Part shown: positions 59,000-64,000 of the stretch, in pieces
Layout: every line of letters starts with the position of its first letter
Position numbering within the stretch: the stretch's first letter is position 1
From: an uncultured Chlamydiales bacterium
GTDB lineage: Bacteria; Chlamydiota; Chlamydiia; Chlamydiales; Rhabdochlamydiaceae
Length of the DNA: 64,000 bases
Direction: 5' to 3'
Assembly: GCA_963700985.1 (NCBI GenBank)
Contig: OY969554.1
Location: forward strand, 768,001 to 832,000
The notes under the pieces: generated by a model
Told to the model about the DNA's origin: nothing
The model's database searches: none
The model's input: only the letters and a program-made list of their open reading frames with translations
Made by a program: the position numbers and the translations under genes

Positions 59000-60325
59000 T
59001 TAACGCTTTTCTGCAGCTTCTTTTTTTTCTTCTCGGACTTCTCGAAGAGAAGATAAAAAGAGTCCAAGCTTCTTAACTGAATCACCTGGAGGCACGAAAG
59101 GCAAAATTGCCCGGATGGCTTGATTGGATCTTTCCAGTGGGTTTTTTCGCAGATCAACTAACCTTAAGCGCACGCACTGAGCTAACTCAGCAGGAATATC
59201 TTTTATCTTACAATGGCGCACAGAAAGCATTCTGAGAGAGGTCAAGCGTCCAATTCCTTTAGATAGACTTGTGAGAGAGGTATAAGATAGGCGTAACCTT
59301 TGTAAGCTGGTTAAATTCCAGAACTCTTCCGGCAGATTTGCAAGTCTGGAATTTTTGTTAAGACAAAGCCTTGTTAATGTAGTTAAATTGCCAAACTCGG
59401 ACGGTAAACTTTCAAGATCATTGCCATCCAATCGGAGTATTTGCAACTCTTCCAACTGTCCAATTTCTGGTGGTAAAATGGTGATCTTATTGAAAGCTAA
59501 ATTTAGAGATTCCAAGCGCCTACAGTTTAGAAGAGGAAGAGGAATGCTCTCAAACATATTGTGGCATAAATCTGCTTCTCTCAGATTGGTGCAGAATTGA
59601 ATTTCCTGAGGTAGGTCTCTGAGCCATATAGTTCCTCTTTCTTCCACTTTCTCATTCATATCGCCATAAGAAATACGCTCTAAACCTCTTAATAATCCCA
59701 CTAAAGGAGGAATGTGCGCGAATCTATGTTTCAAGCCCGTAAATTCATCAATATCGACGCTATTTGTTTGAATAGTCTCTAAAGCGCTTATGTTATATGT
59801 CATCCAGCGCGATACCTCTATTGCAAAGCTCTGTATATTTTGTTGTTCTAAAGGCAACAGCTTAACTATCTCAAAGAGGTGTGGCACTGCAGCATTGGCT
59901 AGGGGTAAATTCGCGGCTATGTCCTTGAAAAAATTAATGATATCGATCGCTCGGGCGAGCTCGGATAAGCTTCTTCGCCCATAACAAAGTTGCGGCTTGG
60001 AAGAGAAAAAAAAGAAGCCAGGTGCTCTTAAGGCCCTTGAACGGATGACCCCAGCGATTTTTTGCACCGCCTTATCGGCTTTTAGAGGCCCATTTAGGCT
60101 ATAATGGCAAACCGTGTCTTTTACCAGACCGCCAATGATGGGATCTGGGCCTTCTTGCAACCGGCTCAGATACATCTTCCATGTATTGGCGAACAACATC
60201 TCTTTTTTGTCTGAAAAGTGATGCGACACCTGTTCCAAAGCATGAGGATAAGGCAAAAAGCCCGCTACACGATCAATCACGGGATTGGGAAGTCTGGGGA
60301 GAATGGAATTTTGAATTGCTGACAT
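59000..60325 (-). CDS. F-box-like/LRR protein, paralog 3
   Basis: LPRLPNPVIDRVAGFL...LEQVSHHF F-box-like N-terminus; 23-aa LRRs; ATG 60325 after AAAAGG. Confidence 0.85.
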   Translation of the reverse strand: MSAIQNSILPRLPNPVIDRVAGFLPYPHALEQVSHHFSDKKEMLFANTWKMYLSRLQEGPDPIIGGLVKDTVCHYSLNGPLKADKAVQKIAGVIRSRALRAPGFFFFSSKPQLCYGRRSLSELARAIDIINFFKDIAANLPLANAAVPHLFEIVKLLPLEQQNIQSFAIEVSRWMTYNISALETIQTNSVDIDEFTGLKHRFAHIPPLVGLLRGLERISYGDMNEKVEERGTIWLRDLPQEIQFCTNLREADLCHNMFESIPLPLLNCRRLESLNLAFNKITILPPEIGQLEELQILRLDGNDLESLPSEFGNLTTLTRLCLNKNSRLANLPEEFWNLTSLQRLRLSYTSLTSLSKGIGRLTSLRMLSVRHCKIKDIPAELAQCVRLRLVDLRKNPLERSNQAIRAILPFVPPGDSVKKLGLFLSSLREVREEKKEAAEKR

Positions 60326-60456
60326 AACTTTACCTTTTAGGCAAAAAATTATATCCAAACTTAAACTACATATCAATAATACAATAATTATTAAACGTAT
60401 TAATAATAAATTTTATTTATAAATAAATAAGACGCTCTCTAATTGAAAGCGCCTTA

Positions 60457-60610
60457 GAGATTGTCCACAAACTAGGCCTTTTAGAGATTTGCGGAGCTTT
60501 TCGATGAGATTTTTTCTCCCTCGACGAAGACAATGTCGGGACGGTGACATGGCTGAGGAAGGGGAGGAAAAAGATCTCAAAGATCGAAGGTCTAGCTTGT
60601 GGACAGTCTC
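60457..60610. mobile_element. Palindromic MITE-like element (154 bp) with TTA target duplication
   Basis: Terminal repeats match at 21/24 (gagattgtccacaaactaggcctt vs reverse-complement gagactgtccacaagctagacctt); TTA on both sides; the paralogous site at 63619-63621 has a single TTA. Confidence 0.85.
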
Positions 60611-60622
60611 TTATATGAAAAG

Positions 60623-60677
60623 ATATGTTCTATTTTCTAGCGAGTTTAGCGATGACAAGACCGCCTAAGAACTAGCC
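60623..60677 (-). pseudogene. Duplicated 3' tip of the DUF1761-like gene (63638+)
   Basis: Reads G*FLGGLVIAKLARK* versus GWFLGGLVIAKLARK* (TGG>TAG). Confidence 0.85.
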
Positions 60678-60720
60678 TAGGAAGACATGTAAGTGGAAAT
60701 CGCTGAATTGTTGCCATAAT

Positions 60721-62094
60721 TCAATCTTGTTTTACGTTTTGTGAAGGTAGCTTAAAGCTTTCGGTGCGCTGGTGCTTATGCACACCACCTTTCTTTTCTT
60801 CACGAGGAGATAAAATGAGTCCGGTTCTGGAAGCAAGATCACCTGGAGGCAAGAAAGGCACAATAGATCGAATTGCTTTATGGGACATTTGTAGCTGGTT
60901 CTCTCGTAGATCAAGCAATGTTAATCTGATGCACGCCGCCATCTCAGCTGGAATCTTCTTTATCTTGCATTGGTGAAGGCTGAGAGTTTCAAGCGAGGTC
61001 AAACGTCCAATCCTGCTAGACAGACTAGTAAGAGCAGTTTTAGATAGATTAAGAGTTCGCAGGCTTGTTAAGCACCAGAACGCTATAGGCAGATTTGCAA
61101 GCCTAGGATTTGAGTTGAGTGAAAGTTTTGTTAACGCAGTTAAGCTGCCAATCTCAGATGGCAATCTTTCAAGATCATTGCCAGATAACCAGAGTGTTTG
61201 TAGCGCTCTCAATTGCCCAATTCGGGGTGGTAAAACGGTGATCTTATTGTAAGCTAAATTTATATGTTCCAAACGTGTGCAATTTAGAAGAGATAGGGGT
61301 ATGCTCTCAAACATATTGCGGCTTAAAATAACTTCTCTCAAGTAGGTACAAGATTCAATTTCCTGGGGTAGATCTTTGAGCCATGTTTTCCCCTTGTCCC
61401 GCATAATCCCCTGTATCACCTGTTCATCATCATGACCGTAAGAAAGTTTTCTTAAGCCCGTTAACAGTCCCACTAAAGGAGGAAGATGAGTGAATTGTGT
61501 TTGATCACGGGTACGGGAAGTAGTTGCATTCAGAGTTATCTGAATACCCCCTAACTGGCCAATGTTAGATACGAGCCAACGAGACACCTCCGCTGCCACA
61601 CCAAGTATGTTCCTCCGCTGCTCAGGCAAAAATCTGACTATGTCCGGAAGTCTTCGAGATGTCACTGCAGCCTCTGCTGAGAAGGTGCCTATGTTCAGGA
61701 AAAAGTTTGTGATATCAGCTGCTCGGGCAATCTCTGATAAACTCCTTCGATCATAAGGACCGCGTGGCAGAGGAGGAAAAGAGAGCGTTATGATTCTTGC
61801 CTTTGAAATGATGGTCGCGCTGATCTGTTTTACAACCAGATCTGTTTTTAGAGGCACATTTTTGCTGTAATGTTGAACAACTCCATTTACTAGACCGCCT
61901 ATGATGAGATCTGGACCTTCTTGCAGGCGCTTCAAAAGCATCTTCCACGTACCGCCAAACAACTTATCCCTATTATCTGAAAAGTAGTGTGACACCCGCT
62001 CCAGATTATGAGGATGAGGCAAAAAGCTCGCCACGTGATCAACATGAAAATAGGGAAGTCTTGTCAGTAGAGATCTTTGAATTGTTGAGGACAT
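60721..62094 (-). CDS. F-box-like/LRR protein, paralog 2
   Basis: LLTRLPYFHVDHVASFL..LERVSHYF; shared RLQEGPD.IIGGLV; LRRs. Confidence 0.85.
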   Translation of the reverse strand: MSSTIQRSLLTRLPYFHVDHVASFLPHPHNLERVSHYFSDNRDKLFGGTWKMLLKRLQEGPDLIIGGLVNGVVQHYSKNVPLKTDLVVKQISATIISKARIITLSFPPLPRGPYDRRSLSEIARAADITNFFLNIGTFSAEAAVTSRRLPDIVRFLPEQRRNILGVAAEVSRWLVSNIGQLGGIQITLNATTSRTRDQTQFTHLPPLVGLLTGLRKLSYGHDDEQVIQGIMRDKGKTWLKDLPQEIESCTYLREVILSRNMFESIPLSLLNCTRLEHINLAYNKITVLPPRIGQLRALQTLWLSGNDLERLPSEIGSLTALTKLSLNSNPRLANLPIAFWCLTSLRTLNLSKTALTSLSSRIGRLTSLETLSLHQCKIKKIPAEMAACIRLTLLDLRENQLQMSHKAIRSIVPFLPPGDLASRTGLILSPREEKKGGVHKHQRTESFKLPSQNVKQD

Positions 62095-62114
62095 AGTTTC
62101 TCTTTATTTAACTT

Positions 62115-63494
62115 TTAAGAAGAAGAGCCTAATTCATTAATTCGAGAATGCTTGGCTGCTGGTTCTGCGGGTGCAGCTTCTTTCTTTTCTTCCTGAACTT
62201 CTAGGCGAGGAGATAAAAGGAGCCCAGTTTTAGCAGCCTCATCACCTGGAGGTAATGAAGGCAAAATCGCCTGAATCTCTTCATCAGACATCTCGAGTGG
62301 ATTACTTCGTAGATCAAGAGTTGCTAAACTCACACACTTTATCATCTCAGCGGGAATATTTTTTATCTTGCACTGATTTACATAGAGAAATCTAAGAGCG
62401 GTCAAGCTCCCAATTCTGCTAGACAGGCTTGTGAGAGCTGTATCGGCTAGGTGAAGGAATTGCAGGCTTGTTAAATTCCAAAATTCTTCCGGAAGCTCTG
62501 CAAGCCTAGGATTTGAGTTTAGTGAAAGTTTTGTTAACGCAGTTAATGCACCAAGCGCAGGCGGCACGCTTTCTAAATCATTGTCATTCAGCCAGAGTGT
62601 GTGCAGCGCTCTCAGCTGTCCAATTTGAAACGGCAAAGTAGTGATCTGATTGCAACCTAAATTTATTTGTTCTAAACGTCTGCAATTTAGAAGAGCTAGA
62701 GGTATGTGCTCAAACATATTGCGACATAAAACAGCCTCTCTTAGTTCAGTGCAGGATTGAATATCCGGAGGTAGAGCTCTGAGCCATGTGTTTCTCCACC
62801 CACTCCATCCTGCTCCCCTCTCAGGCAGATGGCTATAAAAAATTACCCTTAGGCCCGTCAATAACCCCACTAAATTAGGAATGTGCGTGAATTGTCTTGT
62901 AATGCGCAAACTCTCATTATCCCCGATTCCGTTTGCTTGAACAGCTCTCAAAGCAGCTATATTACATGTCATCCAATGCGATATCTCCATTGCAAGGCTA
63001 AGTATGTTTTGCTGTTCTTCTGGCAACAGGCCAATTGTGTATAAAAGGTATGGTGCCGCTGCCTTAGCCAATGGCGAATTCGCCGCTACGTTCGAGAAAA
63101 AATTAACGATATCGGTTGCTCGAGCGAGCTCTGATAAACTTCTTCGGTCGTACCAGCCTAGCGGCATAGAAGGAAGAGAAAGAGCACTTGCTGCCATTTT
63201 TGCCTTCTTTAGGATGATTCTGCTGATCTCTTTTACAACCAGATCAGCTTTAGTTGGCCCTCTTTGTCTGTAAGCTTGAATTATGCCTTTGACTAGACCA
63301 CCTATGATGGGATCCGGGCCTTCTTGCAACCGTTTTAAATGCATCTTCCATGTGTTAACAAATAGATTATCTCGATTAGCTGAAAAGTATTTTGATACCC
63401 GTTCCAACTCATGAGGATGAGCCAAATAGTTGGCCACATAATCAATCATGCTATTGGGCAGTTTGTAGAGAATGGATCCTCGAATTGCTGACAT
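62115..63494 (-). CDS. F-box-like/LRR protein, paralog 1
   Basis: ILYKLPNSMIDYVANYL..LERVSKYF; LRRs; ATG 63494 after AAAAGG. Confidence 0.85.
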   Translation of the reverse strand: MSAIRGSILYKLPNSMIDYVANYLAHPHELERVSKYFSANRDNLFVNTWKMHLKRLQEGPDPIIGGLVKGIIQAYRQRGPTKADLVVKEISRIILKKAKMAASALSLPSMPLGWYDRRSLSELARATDIVNFFSNVAANSPLAKAAAPYLLYTIGLLPEEQQNILSLAMEISHWMTCNIAALRAVQANGIGDNESLRITRQFTHIPNLVGLLTGLRVIFYSHLPERGAGWSGWRNTWLRALPPDIQSCTELREAVLCRNMFEHIPLALLNCRRLEQINLGCNQITTLPFQIGQLRALHTLWLNDNDLESVPPALGALTALTKLSLNSNPRLAELPEEFWNLTSLQFLHLADTALTSLSSRIGSLTALRFLYVNQCKIKNIPAEMIKCVSLATLDLRSNPLEMSDEEIQAILPSLPPGDEAAKTGLLLSPRLEVQEEKKEAAPAEPAAKHSRINELGSSS

Positions 63495-63590
63495 AATTTC
63501 ACCTTTTAGGCAAAAAAATATATCAAAAACAGAACTATTTATCAATAATCATTTAATAAAAAACATTAATTATAATTTTATTTATAAATA

Positions 63591-63620
63591 AAAAAGGCGC
63601 TTTCTATCTGAAAGCGCCTT
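63591..63620 (-). terminator. Intrinsic terminator of the DUF1761-like gene
   Basis: aaggcgctttc/gaaagcgcctt stem plus T-run on minus strand; decayed copy at 60429-60455. Confidence 0.75.
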
Positions 63621-63637
63621 ATGCGAGAAAATATGTT

Positions 63638-64000
63638 CTATTTTCTAGCGAGTTTTGCGATGACAAGACCGCCTAAGAACCAGCCAATGATTAGATCAAG
63701 CATACATACGATCGTGAAGCCGAAAGCCGCTCCGCCCCAAATCAAATCTGGCACGTAAGTGATTATCCCTGCAATGAGAGCAATTGTGGTTACAAACCCC
63801 ACTTGTCTCATGTAAGGCATCACTTTGGTCATCAGCAAAAGCCAAGTGATTAGATAAGCCGCAATAATTTGTACAATCAAGGCGAGCACAAAAGGAAGTG
63901 GGCCTTCCATTTTCATGCCATTTTTTTGAACTGTAGCAAATATAACTGGGCCTGTCTTCATCATCTCTTTGCCATGCATAACCGCTTCATTCTTCTCACT
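63638..64000 (-). CDS. Membrane protein, DUF1761-like, 5'-truncated by window edge
   Basis: Three hydrophobic helices ending DLIIGWFLGGLVIAK. Confidence 0.55.
   Translation of the reverse strand, partial: SEKNEAVMHGKEMMKTGPVIFATVQKNGMKMEGPLPFVLALIVQIIAAYLITWLLLMTKVMPYMRQVGFVTTIALIAGIITYVPDLIWGGAAFGFTIVCMLDLIIGWFLGGLVIAKLARK

Noticed and set aside
59000-63494. Diversity-generating retroelement acting on the LRR genes
   Set aside because: No reverse transcriptase and no template/variable repeat pair with adenine-specific differences; divergence is spread throughout the genes.

Overview
A 64-kb chromosomal segment, most likely from an environmental member of the Chlamydiota. The evidence is the chlamydial gene order rpmE-prfA-prmC-ffh-rpsP-trmD-rplS-rnhB-yicC-gmk-rpoZ-metG-recD2, tadA-rpsO-pnp/ftsH-tilS-lptF-lptG and dsbA-dsbB, plus a long chlamydial-type FtsH. 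Accessory DNA is interleaved with this backbone. It includes eukaryote-like putative effectors (three tandem F-box/LRR genes plus a distant relative, a helical-repeat RAP-domain protein, and a 719-aa protein ending in a HicA-like domain), a ~2740-aa autotransporter, a Fic protein, two orphan antitoxins, and a monooxygenase islet at tRNA-Asn. prfC is split by a +1 frameshift. The most unusual signal is non-coding. (i) Three GC-rich ~225-330-bp structured arms with compensatory base changes bracket a 9.9-kb transposase-free insertion between pnp and ftsH. (ii) A second family of palindromic MITE-like elements includes one copy seen with both filled and empty sites. (iii) Several 9-nt-period palindromic repeats are present. 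(iv) Accessory genes repeatedly sit between direct duplications of a neighbouring gene end or terminator. No rRNA, CRISPR array, integrase, transposase or reverse transcriptase was found. All family assignments come from motif recognition by eye; no database search was run.
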